From contig JAANOX010000191.1 in NCBI GenBank assembly GCA_020184695.1, forward strand, positions 1 through 64,000: a DNA stretch of 64,000 nucleotides, read 5' to 3'. The stretch comes from Histomonas meleagridis 2922-C6/04-290x. Taxonomy: Eukaryota; Protista; Parabasalia. Made by a program: the position numbers and the translations under genes. Shown here piece after piece: positions 21,449 to 34,000 of this stretch. The notes under the pieces are model-generated. The model worked only from the letters and a program-made list of their open reading frames with translations, had not been told where the DNA came from and ran no database searches. Position 1 is the stretch's first letter, and each line of letters starts with the position of its first letter.

Positions 21449-22732
21449 TTATTTTCTATTTCGCCTTTTCGGGCTTGCTGTCTTACTTTTGTGTTCATTC
21501 CATTTCTCTATTTTTGCCTTCATTTCATCGGGAAGTTCTTTTCTTTGTAATATTGCCATTTGGTAATCGGGGAATTTATAAAATCGATCCAAAAGATACG
21601 ACAACACGTTATTTTCCCATTCCACGTTTCTATTTTTATCATAATGAGGTCTTATTAATGTTTCGATATTTGATGTTTCGATCACATCTTGATGGAAATC
21701 GCAAATATATTTAAATGCTCTAAAGTCCTTATTTTTCCACGCATTCCTATAGATATTACGTGCTTGGTATGAAGGGATATGATAATTTTTAGTTTCCATA
21801 TATCGTAACAAATTAATTTGCGTTCGGCCTCTTGATGTTGCACTATTAAGAACATTATCTTGTTGCGCATCTTCCATGTTTAAATCAGCCCCATTCGTGA
21901 CAAAATAATCAACAATATCAACATAACCATGTTTTGCTGCTTCGATAAGAGGCGCATGTCGAACATTTTTCCGTTTAAAATTAGCCCCGTTTTCAACAAG
22001 AATTTTGACTGTTGGTAAAGAACCATTTTGACACGCAAAGAATAATGGAGTTTCTTTGTCATGCGTTTTTCGTTCAACATCAATTCCAATGTCGATAAGA
22101 AACTTAACAATCTCTGGATGACCACCAAGCGCTGCAAAATGAAGAGCATTCGCACCTGCCGAGTTGGTTTCAAGCAAGTTGATACCAATCTCTTTCATGA
22201 AATAAAGAATTTCAAGATGGCCATAAAATGAAACAATTAAAAGTGGAAGTGCACCTACAATATTTCGAGAATTAAAGATAGACGCATTTGTCTTCATGAA
22301 AATATACTTAACACAATCTAGAAAACCAAATTGACACGCAACATGAATAGGCATGTTCTGACAATTGTCAGTTTCCTTCATAGTGTCTTCTTTTCGATCA
22401 AATAAACGAACTAATTCCATTGAACGACTTGCAACAGCAAAATGAATAAGTGGGCGACCAAGCACATCTTTTTTATCAAGATCTGCACCATTGTCCATAA
22501 GAAATCGTACACAGTTGGTAGCATTAAAATAAACAGCAACACTAATAACTGGTGGTGAACTTGATAAGAAAGGTGGAAGATATAATTTGTCAAAACCTAC
22601 TTCTTGATTTATGATATTGTCTTCAGATAAAACTACATTACCAAGTGCGTCAGCATCGTCATTAAGTATAGCTTCGATAATTGCATCATTGTTCTCTTTG
22701 AAATTAAACTTCTGGTAGTTTTGTTGCCACAT
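21449..22732 (-). CDS. Ankyrin repeat protein (uninterrupted)
   Basis: Continuous repeats (DVLGRPLIHFA, SAGANALHFAALGGH, HDKETPLFFACQNG, APLIEAAKHG) in one 427-aa ORF. Confidence 0.9.
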   Translation of the reverse strand: MWQQNYQKFNFKENNDAIIEAILNDDADALGNVVLSEDNIINQEVGFDKLYLPPFLSSSPPVISVAVYFNATNCVRFLMDNGADLDKKDVLGRPLIHFAVASRSMELVRLFDRKEDTMKETDNCQNMPIHVACQFGFLDCVKYIFMKTNASIFNSRNIVGALPLLIVSFYGHLEILYFMKEIGINLLETNSAGANALHFAALGGHPEIVKFLIDIGIDVERKTHDKETPLFFACQNGSLPTVKILVENGANFKRKNVRHAPLIEAAKHGYVDIVDYFVTNGADLNMEDAQQDNVLNSATSRGRTQINLLRYMETKNYHIPSYQARNIYRNAWKNKDFRAFKYICDFHQDVIETSNIETLIRPHYDKNRNVEWENNVLSYLLDRFYKFPDYQMAILQRKELPDEMKAKIEKWNEHKSKTASPKRRNRK

Positions 22733-23284
22733 TGGTGTTTAATAGAAATTTTCATTACAAAATTCATAAGTTTATTTTAGATGAAAGCAAATGTGAGTTA
22801 TTTGCCAAGGTGGATCAGAATTTCAATGATTTATAAAAATTGATATAAAGTAACATCACATTTTTCTCTTATATGAGCTTTTGGTGAATATTAATTCAGG
22901 AATTAAAAATTTATTGAAGTTATGTGATAAAGTTATTGTTTGTTGCGAATTTTCATTATTTTGATCAATAAATAACTGAATAAAAATTTAAATTAAACTT
23001 ATACCAATAACTATTTAAAATGATCATCATTATTAATCAGACTAAAAATATTTCATAGGAAAGTTAGAAAAAAAATAAAACTCATCTGTAAATCCCATGA
23101 TTTTCATTCATTTTTGTTTTGCATTTAGATAGGATAATAATATTACTACATAAAATATCCAAATAATCTCTAAACACATTAATTTGTGATAGTAAAAAAT
23201 TAATTTTATATAAAGCAAAGCATTTATAATACTGAAACAATAAAAACATTTAAGAAATCAAAAAACATTTTATTACAAATTATG

Positions 23285-24166
23285 TTAATTCACTCTCTTC
23301 ACTGATGGAGGCAACAACTTTCCAGTCGCTCTTGCGCCATCTTTTCTTACCCACTTATGATCCATAATCATTTTTAAGCTTATTCTTTGTGAAGGTTCAT
23401 TAATCAAAATTAGTTTCAACAAATCAATAACATCTTCAGAAAGATATTCAGGAAATTTAAATATGTTTGTAAGAATTTGTTGCTGAATTGCATCAACGGC
23501 GTCTTTGTCATTCGCATTCGACATTTCAAATGGAAGTTTCCCAGTTAAAAGTGAAAGCAAAAAAATTCCACAAGCCCAAACATCAGCTTTTTCACCATCG
23601 AATGAATTATTAAGAAATATTTCGGGAGCTTGAAAATTTGATGTTCCATAGTTTCCTTCGATAAGTACACCTTCATCATATTTTTGGGAAAATAAAAACC
23701 CGCCAAGCTTGAATTTACCATCAATAACAAAGACATTATCAGGACGAATATCGAGATGTGCAATATGATGGGAATGAAGAAATGAAACGGCTTCAATAAG
23801 ATTAATGAAAATCAAACGAGCAGTATTTTCAATCAAAGGAAAGTCTTGTTCGTAATACGTAATTAGATTAACTTCTTCAGATTCAACTATTTGATAATGA
23901 TATTTTGAATCAAAACTAACTTCAATAAATTTTTGGATAAGCGGATGAGAAATTGAACCAAGAATCTCGAATTCCCTCTTGAGCATTTCTATCGTATTAG
24001 TTGATGGTATTGTTTGACGTTCGATTGATTTAGCTGTATATACTTTCTTATCATGTCCAACCATACTCGCTCTGTTGATAGTAAACCCACCTACAGTACT
24101 CAAAGGAGTTATCAAATATCTCCCACTTGGATCTATTTTCTGTGTACCTAAACTCGTTTGTTGCAT
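23285..24166 (-). CDS. CAMK-like Ser/Thr kinase fold, probable pseudokinase
   Basis: AK lysine, HLDIRPDN, GGF in place of DFG, GT..QAPE, DVWACG. Confidence 0.85.
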   Translation of the reverse strand: MQQTSLGTQKIDPSGRYLITPLSTVGGFTINRASMVGHDKKVYTAKSIERQTIPSTNTIEMLKREFEILGSISHPLIQKFIEVSFDSKYHYQIVESEEVNLITYYEQDFPLIENTARLIFINLIEAVSFLHSHHIAHLDIRPDNVFVIDGKFKLGGFLFSQKYDEGVLIEGNYGTSNFQAPEIFLNNSFDGEKADVWACGIFLLSLLTGKLPFEMSNANDKDAVDAIQQQILTNIFKFPEYLSEDVIDLLKLILINEPSQRISLKMIMDHKWVRKDGARATGKLLPPSVKRVN

Positions 24167-24427
24167 TTGGGCATTTAACGGTCATTTCATTTTGTAAAAA
24201 AAAAATAAATCCATCTCTTAATTGAAAAGAGTCTAAAGGAAAAGATCTTGGAAAAAATGATAAGGATCTTAAGTTATGTAATATTTTTAATAATGGCAAA
24301 TCATTATTTAAAATCAGTGAATTCATCAAACGATTACATTGATTAAAAGTTATTGAACCTTTTGTGCATAAACAAGAAAACTCCTAAACGAAAACTACAA
24401 AAAAATTGTTCGAAATTTCAATTTTAT

Positions 24428-25834
24428 TCAAACATTATATTTTTGATCAAATGCTAACACTTTATCCTGGACATCTTCTGGTACCTGTGATTGTTCTACT
24501 TCGAATAGCCTTTGGAATCCATTTGCGTTTGAAAACGCCTCCAATATATTCCCTTGCAAATTCATTTCTTCCGACTTTTCGAAGATGAATGTTAAAAAGT
24601 CGATTGTTGTTCCCATCAGCTTTGGGAATTGATAGAAGTCCACGAAAGTATCGAACATTCCATCCAAGCACATATAAACCAAAGTATTATTATCCAAAAA
24701 AGGTAATTTTGTTAATTCATAAATTGCATCACCAGCAAATGGTTTTGTATTGAATGAAGCGTTTTCATAAACCTCTACCAGTTTCTCGATGATTATTTTG
24801 ATGTCATAATTTTGCAATAAATTCTGATAATCTTCTTGAGTAATCACAGTAATCAGCCAACAAACAGCAAGGATGACTTGCTGTTTATCAGTTAGTAATA
24901 TGTCTAACAGATTATCGATTGGAATAAGCAAATAATTCGTTTCTTGTAAAAATATTCCATAGTAATAAATTGTGTGCTCAACCGTAATGTCGTCAAATTC
25001 ATTGAATCTGTTTTGAATGAGTTCGTTTATTTTGTTGATTTTGATGTGATAAAGTGCGATCGCTGAAGCATTCTTCAGTAAATGTATAAGGCCATAGATC
25101 GCATAAGGATAAGAAGTCTTAAAGTCCTTTGAAAGAGCAGTTTTAAAACATTTGACAATGGTTTGTGTTTCTTCATTAGTTGTAATATTGATTGAATATG
25201 CATAGACAAGTTTGATAATGCAAGAAAAAAGAGATTCGTGAATATCACTTCTCCTTATATTTCTTGAAAGAACATTGAGGCTGAAGACACCTTCTTTGTT
25301 ATTATCGGGAACATATTTTGCAAAAGAATCTCTAAGTCGTTTGCTTTTGCTTACAGCTAGAGCAACGGATTCATATATGTCTTCATCAATGCGAGTTGGC
25401 ATTGGACATGTAAGCAGAGTTGAAAAAACTGAAGGAAAACCCGAATTATATAATTGATAAATAATATATTCTTCTTGATAGCTAAAGTTTAAAACACATC
25501 TTGCAACTAAAATAAAAAGCTGAGGGAATTTGTCGAAATTTCTTAATTCATTAAGGAAATCCATAAGAACCTTGAATAATTTATTCAACAATTGTTCATT
25601 AAATTCCTTTGAAAAATCGATCTTTACTACAGCTTCTTTTAAGTCGCAAATGCATTCAGCAAAGTTTGGATCCGAAGGTTGATATTTATTCGTTATGAAG
25701 AAGTTTATTGATCTATATGCCTTTTGGCGGTATTCATCTGCATTTGCTACAGGTATACCACTAAAGTGGGTTTTTAACAGAAGCTTTTGTGCTTTTGCAA
25801 CAGTTAAAGGAGGACTTTTGTAGGAGCTCCTCAT
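24428..25834 (-). CDS. Helical-repeat (ARM/importin-alpha-like) protein
   Basis: 468-aa ORF with amphipathic helical repeats (AVCWLITVIT, FNTKPFAGDAIYEL); family call is tentative. Confidence 0.55.
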   Translation of the reverse strand: MRSSYKSPPLTVAKAQKLLLKTHFSGIPVANADEYRQKAYRSINFFITNKYQPSDPNFAECICDLKEAVVKIDFSKEFNEQLLNKLFKVLMDFLNELRNFDKFPQLFILVARCVLNFSYQEEYIIYQLYNSGFPSVFSTLLTCPMPTRIDEDIYESVALAVSKSKRLRDSFAKYVPDNNKEGVFSLNVLSRNIRRSDIHESLFSCIIKLVYAYSINITTNEETQTIVKCFKTALSKDFKTSYPYAIYGLIHLLKNASAIALYHIKINKINELIQNRFNEFDDITVEHTIYYYGIFLQETNYLLIPIDNLLDILLTDKQQVILAVCWLITVITQEDYQNLLQNYDIKIIIEKLVEVYENASFNTKPFAGDAIYELTKLPFLDNNTLVYMCLDGMFDTFVDFYQFPKLMGTTIDFLTFIFEKSEEMNLQGNILEAFSNANGFQRLFEVEQSQVPEDVQDKVLAFDQKYNV

Positions 25835-26302
25835 AAAGTTGTAAACTTCACAAAAAACTTTGCTTCTTTTGTCACTTTTAGTTCATTGTCGTATTTCTTT
25901 GGTGTGAAAACCTCATAGCAACGACGACGAAGATTTTTTGCATTTTTTTCCTTGTCTGATCATCATTTATTTGAATAAATATGTTTTCAAAAATCTCTGA
26001 TAATTTGAGACTAAATTCGACAAAAAATTCATGAAATTGCTTTAAATTATCCATTTCAAATTAGATTAAAAATCCTTATTACAACTTTCCCTTACATATC
26101 AATAAAAAACATATACGAACTGTGTTAGAAACACGTGTCCATAACGGTTAATCATAAGACAGAAATTTTAAAAAGATTTTGAATTTATTTTATTTTTTTG
26201 AGATATTTCTTCCAACAACCAAAAGATTTAACATTTTTATTATCTAAATTTCTGAATGTGTGAATGAATTTTTACTAATATATATCCGTATCATGGTATA
26301 TG

Positions 26303-27238
26303 TTACTGACTTTCGATATTCAAAAGCTTATTCACGAAATTATATAAGTCTTCATAACTTTGCGGAACTTGCGCCTTCTTTAATGCGTCGATGTTCATTG
26401 TCTTCACCTTTTCCCTTACCGCAGGTTCTTGTAACAAGCATTCGTATGATGCAATTATATTCTTTGATAATCTTTGGCTATAGTTTGACGCCATATTATA
26501 GATGACAACGTTAAGAACTTTAAGAACAGTATCAAGACGCTCTGAACTCGAAATGACATACGCACGTCCTTCTTTGTCGCTAAGGATTTTTTGCACTATG
26601 AATGCAGCAACGATACGTGACATGTCTTGACCAAATTTAAGAATACGTAGACAAAGTGGTATGAACTCATTTTGTAGAAGATATTGGATAATGTCGTGGT
26701 CTTCGGCCTTAACAAGACTACCAATGATACCTAGAGAGGTTAATTTGAAACATTCACATTCACGACTTTGATTGGTAGTATGAAGAAATGGAAAGAGATA
26801 CATGGGAATATTGGCCTTGATGAATGGAATTCGTGTATCTTCATGGCCAGCAACACATTGAAATAATGCAAGAACATTACAAACACGAGTTGCTAGTCGT
26901 GAACTAAGTGAAGCTGGAGCACTATTGGACGATGCAGAAACAGAGGTAAGATGTGGATAAATACTAAGAATATCGGTAAGTAGAGCTGTTATTGTTCCAG
27001 GACTTTCCCAAAGAAGAACTGCAAGATTGGGAATTTGCTCTCTTTGAACACTGAGCGTATGAAGAGCTTCAGCTCTTTCATTGGGTCCGAGTGTAAGTCG
27101 TTTTACAAGGGTATAAATTTGATCCATGTTTGGATAAAGATTTCGTGAATACATTGGATTGCTAAACATGTTTATGTTATGTCCTCCTTGCATCCATTGT
27201 GGAGAAGGAGCCCTAATATATGGTCCGTTTTTCATCAA
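26303..27238 (-). CDS. CNOT9: CCR4-NOT subunit 9 / Rcd1 (Caf40)
   Basis: RAEALHTLSVQRE..LAVLLWESPGT, RVCNVLALFQCVAGH, IPMYLFPFL, LTSLGIIGSLVK, IVAAFIVQKILSD. Confidence 0.95.
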   Translation of the reverse strand: MMKNGPYIRAPSPQWMQGGHNINMFSNPMYSRNLYPNMDQIYTLVKRLTLGPNERAEALHTLSVQREQIPNLAVLLWESPGTITALLTDILSIYPHLTSVSASSNSAPASLSSRLATRVCNVLALFQCVAGHEDTRIPFIKANIPMYLFPFLHTTNQSRECECFKLTSLGIIGSLVKAEDHDIIQYLLQNEFIPLCLRILKFGQDMSRIVAAFIVQKILSDKEGRAYVISSSERLDTVLKVLNVVIYNMASNYSQRLSKNIIASYECLLQEPAVREKVKTMNIDALKKAQVPQSYEDLYNFVNKLLNIESQ

Positions 27239-27835
27239 AAAAATGGCGAAAAATTGTCACTTTTTGAATAAAGGTGATAATGATCTTCTTGATCAAAAAA
27301 GTACACGTGAAGCGGTTATTTATTCCGATTAAAAATCACAGAATTTTTATATCATCAGAACCGTTCGTTATTAAATCGGGTTCTGATGGAATGGAAGAGG
27401 TATGGGCACTAAATTCTCGGAATTGATATCAAAAAATTCTACTTAAAAACTTGTTTCATAGAATTTAATAATATGTTTATTTATTTATTTTTTGTTTTAA
27501 GTTTGTTAATCATTAGCTAATGATAGCTGTAACCTATAGTAATAATTTAAATAAAATCGAATTACCACATGTTTGAATGAAAAAAATGAATTGCAAGCAA
27601 AACACTAATTTTTATTAACAAGATAGATTATTTAATCAATAAACTATAAGAAAATGAAATTGGAGCTTTTTTTAACATTAAATCATATTTTATTAATGAA
27701 TAACCATGAGTAAAAATTTCTCCTTTAAGAAATGTTTCTATATTTAATTCCTGATAATTTACCAAGACACAAAATTGTTTATTGAATTTCCTTCTTCAAA
27801 AAAGCAAAAAATCAATTGTTTAACAAACATTTCAA

Positions 27836-27840
<5 letters not shown>

Positions 27841-27869
<29 letters not shown>
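27841..27869. repeat. (AT)n microsatellite
   Basis: About 14 AT units, directly visible. Confidence 0.95.
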
Positions 27870-27871
<2 letters not shown>

Positions 27872-28019
27872 AAAATGCTGTTCTTAAGAAGGATGATAAT
27901 AAGTTAAAATGAAATTCATTTTGTCAGTAAGAAGAATTCTTGAACCCTTCTTATGAATTTTTTTCTATGACCAAATTGAAAAACTGTTTATACCTATCGT
28001 AACGGTTGATGATTAAGTC

Positions 28020-31000
28020 ATGAGCGAAAATGATCTTAATAATTTATACCAACAATCCCTAGAATCTATCAAAAGTTTAAAGTATAATGAAGCAGAAATG
28101 TCTTTATCTCAATCATTTACAATGTGTATACAAAAACAAGATCCACTTTATCCAAATATTGTTTCAAAATATTTGTTGGTATTATTTTTAAAACAAAGGA
28201 ATACTGAAGCCTTTGAACCATTATTTGTTGAAATTAAGAAACTACCAAATTCCAAAGAATTTTGGAATAATTGTTGTATTCAAATAGCTCATGATATCAT
28301 AGATTTTTATGTGCCATACTTGAAATATCTTACAATAGGGTTTTTTGTTTTTATTAATCCTTTTCGATATTTTCCACATGTTATTCAATCGCATCAACCT
28401 TTTTCAATAAAAACGATATCTATCATATCTAATATTACTAAGCAATGCCAATCCAAACTGGATAACCAAGTTTTACATTTAATTTCCACTTCTATCAAAA
28501 ATCGAATACAATTATTTTTCCAAAATCCAAATGAAAACGAACTTAGAAATATCGACGAATCTAAATTAACCAATGTACTTAAAGACATATATGAATATGG
28601 TCCATTTGGTATTTCAAGCGAAATTGATAATTTATATCTCTTAATTTCATATGTGTTTTGTTCATCTAATATTTTATCCAAGCAATTCTATGGACTTTCA
28701 ACCTTAAATAAACGCTTTACATTGCGTAAGAGCATTATTGAAGAATTACATCAACGAAACATTGTAAACCATTTAATTGATAATCTTCATGAATCATTAC
28801 TTGAAGAGTTTATAAAACTATTATTAAAGATATGGTATCAAGGTTATTATGAGACTGAGACATTACGGAAACTTTGGATCATATCTATAAATCAACATGC
28901 AGCATCGATTGAAAAATATTTTTCATATTGGCCACGAATATTTGCAGCAGTACCACAAACAAAAGTTTATGAATTTTGGGGAATTGTAATTGAAGCTAAT
29001 AAATTTCCTTCAGCAGCATTACAATTTTTATCAATGATTCAATATCGTACACCAGATAATATTAAAGATGAAATCATTGATACATTTTGGAAATCGATGG
29101 AAAATTCGACTGATAAATTATCTTATGTATTACCAATATCGAATTATTTAAAAATTAATTCAGAAAAATGGAAAATTATTAAAGATAAATGTTTAAATAA
29201 CATACAAAATAATACAAATTGCGGATTTTCTATTTCACTTTTATATTACATTTGGAGAGATAATGAAAACACACGAAAAGAATTTAATATAATTTTAAAT
29301 AATTGTAATCCTGAAATAAGTTATTTAAAGAATTTTTTTGATTTGTTATTAAAAATGGCAAATTATATTAATAACAATTTATATTTTGATGAGTTACAAT
29401 CAATACAACGAATCATTAAACCATTTTTTTCGATTGTTCCTGATTTAGTTTGTAATTTTATTCATTCCATATCCAATTATATGACTTCTGATACATTATT
29501 AAATATGTTAAACTTAATTTCCAACATTGAAACTATTGATTCGAATGTATTTTCATTAATTCAAACGATATTTTTCAAGTTAAATAATATAAAATCTAAT
29601 TCGACAATTACTACACTTGAATTAAATGGAATTGATTCATTATATAATATATTATTTTCGAATAAAAATGTAAATGAATTATATTCATTTATGGCTAATT
29701 TAGCATATAGATGTAAAAATGAACAATCAATAAAAAGTTTCATAATAAAATGTATGAACCATATAAATAATTATGGTGTAATATATACACTTTATTTATT
29801 TGTTTGTTATGTAGAAAACCCAATTAATTTAGAAGAATATAATATTAAAAAAAATAAATTTATAAAACCTGAAAATTATATTTATATATTTTTAACAGGC
29901 GCTATTAAAAAACGTATTAAAATATTACGAGTTACAAAAGTAAATTTATTTAATCAAATTATTTCACATTTATTAAATCTTTCAAGTGATTCATTTACGA
30001 TTTTATATGAAAAGCAAATAATTCAACAAAATCATGTTTTCCAAAATAATCAAACGTTTGAAATAATACAAAAAAATAATCAATTACCTATAAATGAATG
30101 GAATAATAAAGAAATGTTTCCTTCACAACTATTAAAACCTTATTTTAATGAAATATTTAATTTACTTGATACAAATGTTTTAATATCAATAAACGCTTAT
30201 GCATTATTAAATTGTTTAGAAACTGATGAAAAAGAAAAAGAAAAAATTTTAGATCCAAATCCAAATTGGGATAATTTATTAGATATAAATAAAGTTTATC
30301 ATATGTTATATTATTTAAATATCATTGGAAATATTTTAGTTGATAATGATAAAAAGTTTTTAATTAATTTTTATCAAAACGGCGGATTCTTAAAAATGTT
30401 TTTAATATTATTTGAAGCATCGAAACTTTTATTAAAAGATTATAATACTGATTTAATATTAAACTTAATTATAATATTATTAAACAACTCTAAGAATTAT
30501 AAAGAATTTGATGAACAAAAACAAAAGATTTTAATAAATTTATCAACTGAAAATAATATTTCGAATTATATTCAATGGATTATAACATTTTTAAAGAATG
30601 ATAAAATTAATATAATATTAAATTTATATACAATTTTATATGAATTAATATTAATAAATAAATCGATTATTAATTATAAAGGTTTTGATGAATTAATTAC
30701 TTTATCTTTATTTAATAATGATTCTTTAATACGTAAAAAGTTTTCTGAAATTTTATTATTATTAAATCCGAAACAATATGAAAGTTATTTAATTAATAAC
30801 TTAAAGAATTCTGTTTATAAAACTTGTGATGAATATTTTGATTTATTAGTTAATGTAGTTTTAACTACAGATAAAACAGAAGAATTATGGAATTTAATGA
30901 CTGAATTTTTTTATGAAAATTTGTTTATAATAAATCCAAATATTGAAAATGATTATTATGAAAACCATAAAATTGAAGAAGATAAAATTAATCAAGAAAA

Positions 31001-34000
31001 AGATAATAAAGATGAGAAAATTATCTCTAAAATTAATAATATTTGTTCAACTATAGCTTCTTCATGTTTTATTATTCGAATATTTGAAATATTTGGATTA
31101 ATAATAAACAAATTAGAAACAATTCCAAACATTAATAAGTTTATAATATTTATTATTGATAATATAATATGTAATACACAAGTTTATATCCCAAAACCAT
31201 TAAATTTATTTTCTATTTTAAGTGATATAATAATAAAAGATAAAACAATTTTAGATATAATAATACAAAAATTTTCATTTTATTTAAATGATTTTATAAC
31301 AATTGAATATGATCCTGACATTAAATTAATAGAACCTAAAAAACTAAAAGGTTTAAATAACTTAGGCGCAACATGTTATTTAAATTCGACAATTCAACAA
31401 TTAGTTAATATTCCAATAATACAAAAATCTGTTTTTAAATATATACCTAATGACATTGATAATGATTGGATAGGACAACTTCAATTATTATTTTTGAAAC
31501 TTTTATATTCGCCTTATTCTTCAATTAATCCAAAATCTTTTGTTAAGTTATTAAAAGGTTGGGATGATACACCTATTAATCCTCATGAACAACAAGATGC
31601 GTTTGAATTCATTCAAATGATATTAGATCGATTAAATGAGAAATTAGAAGATAAACCTTTTGATAATGAAATTTTCGGTATTACGAAACATAAAATCATT
31701 GAAATTAATGGCGATTATACATCCGAATCTTTTACACCATTTATAGCATTAGAATTACAAGTAAAGAATCATAAATCTTTACAAGAAAGTTATAAAACAT
31801 ATTTAATCCCTGATAATTTAACTGGTAATAATCAATATGTTATTGAAAATGGGCCAAAAATTGATGCAAATCGTTATAATACGATTGAAAAAGCACCGAA
31901 AAATTTAATAATTTTATTAAAACGTTTTGAGTTTGATATAACTACATTAACATCTAAAAAAGTAAATTCTTGGTATTCATTTCAAAACGTCATTAATATT
32001 AGTTCATTATTAAGTGATCCTAATCAAAGGATTAATGATTATGAAATTAATGGGATTATAATGCATTCAGGTTATGCATTAAGTGGACATTATTATAGTT
32101 ATATTAAACGAAATAATCAATGGTATTGTTTAAATGATTCAAATGCTTATTTAATTAACAATCAAAACTTTATCGAAAATTGCTTCGGTGGATTTGAAAT
32201 TAAAACTTTTAATAATGGAAGTGAATATTATACGAAACAATGTGAAAAGAATGATAATGCTTATATATTATTTTATAAAATGAGAAATCAAAATGATGAA
32301 AATAATAATAATATTGAACCAATTACTTTATTACCTAAAATTACATTAAATTATTTTTTAAACGAAATTAAAAATTTATTATTAACTTATTTGTTTTATT
32401 CAAATGAATTTATTGAATTCATTCGAAAAATTTCAAAACAAAAATCTCAAAAATTTTATGAATTTCTGTTTAATTATTTCTTTAAATTTATTTCTTATGA
32501 TAATAATGAAAATTTATTAAACGTTATATATGATAAATGTGAAAATGAAAATGAATTTTCAAATTATATTTTAAGTAATAATTCGGAATTTTTTTTAAAT
32601 ATGTTAAAAATGAATAATGTTCAAATGATTCGAGAGAAAACAGTAAATTTAATAAATAAATCATTAATAAAAGCAACTAAAGAAATATCCGAAAAATTTA
32701 TAAATGAAATTATTAAAGAAATTCCAAATTCATTAAATTATTATACAAATTTGGATCAATTATTTAAACCAATTTTATTTTATTTACAAAATATTAATTA
32801 TAATCGATTAGATATTTTAGATATAATATTTAATTTCCTTAAAAACTCAAAAGAAAATCAAAAACAAATATTTTTAATTACAAATTTATCAACTATTTTT
32901 GAAATCATTTTATTTTTAATTAAAAAACATAATAAAATTAATGAATATCAAAAACAATTTATGCAATTTCAATTTCATTCGATGTTTTTCTTATCAGAAA
33001 TTAATTCATTTGATTTAGTTTTGTTATTATTAACATTTCAAATGAATAAAATCGAATTTATTCAAAGTTATCAAAACTTTTTGTTAAAATTTAAAGAATT
33101 ATCACCAAATATATTAGCGTCACATTTTTCTGCTAATTGTATTTTTGAAGATAATTATGAAACTGAACGAATTCAATGGTTTTTCTCATATTTACGAGCA
33201 AAACTATGGAACAAATCGAAAATTTCATTATTTTTTAATAGATCTTCCGAGATATTACGAACTAAACATAATTATTCATCAAATGTTACTATACTTAATA
33301 ATGATTTTTGGGGAAATTATTTACTTTCGACTGATTATGATTTAAGGAATTCTATTTCTAATTTTATATATTCATTATTTTCATTAAATAAAAGAAATTA
33401 TATCAAAGAAATTAATAATATGAATATATTATTTAATAATTTAATATTATTAATACCAAATATGATAAAAATTTGTAAATCAATTAATGGTAATAATGAA
33501 AATATTATAACATATCCTTCAATTAATTATTTCCAAGTACTTTCTTGGTTATTATCTAAATCGAAATCACAAAATCAAATTATAACAAAGAAATCAACAT
33601 TTGTTACAGCATTTGTTGAATTATCTTCAATACAAATATCAAAAGTTCCACTTTATAATATATTAAACTTTTTATTTTTTAATTTAAAGGATAATTTAAT
33701 TAATAATTTTTATGATAATAATACATTAAAAACATTTTTAAATTGTTTATCGAATAATATTAATAATTCTGATATTTATTATATAGAAAATGTAATAAAT
33801 TTATTCTTCAGATCAATTAATATTATCTGTGAACAAAATTCTAATTTAATTATTAATTCGGAAATCTTTAAAAAATGTTTTTATTTGTCACAAAATAATT
33901 ATACATTAATATTATTTCTTTTATCATTAATAAATAAAATGATAACAAAAGAAACATCAAATGAAATATCGAATTTATTATTTGAATCATTTCGATATAT

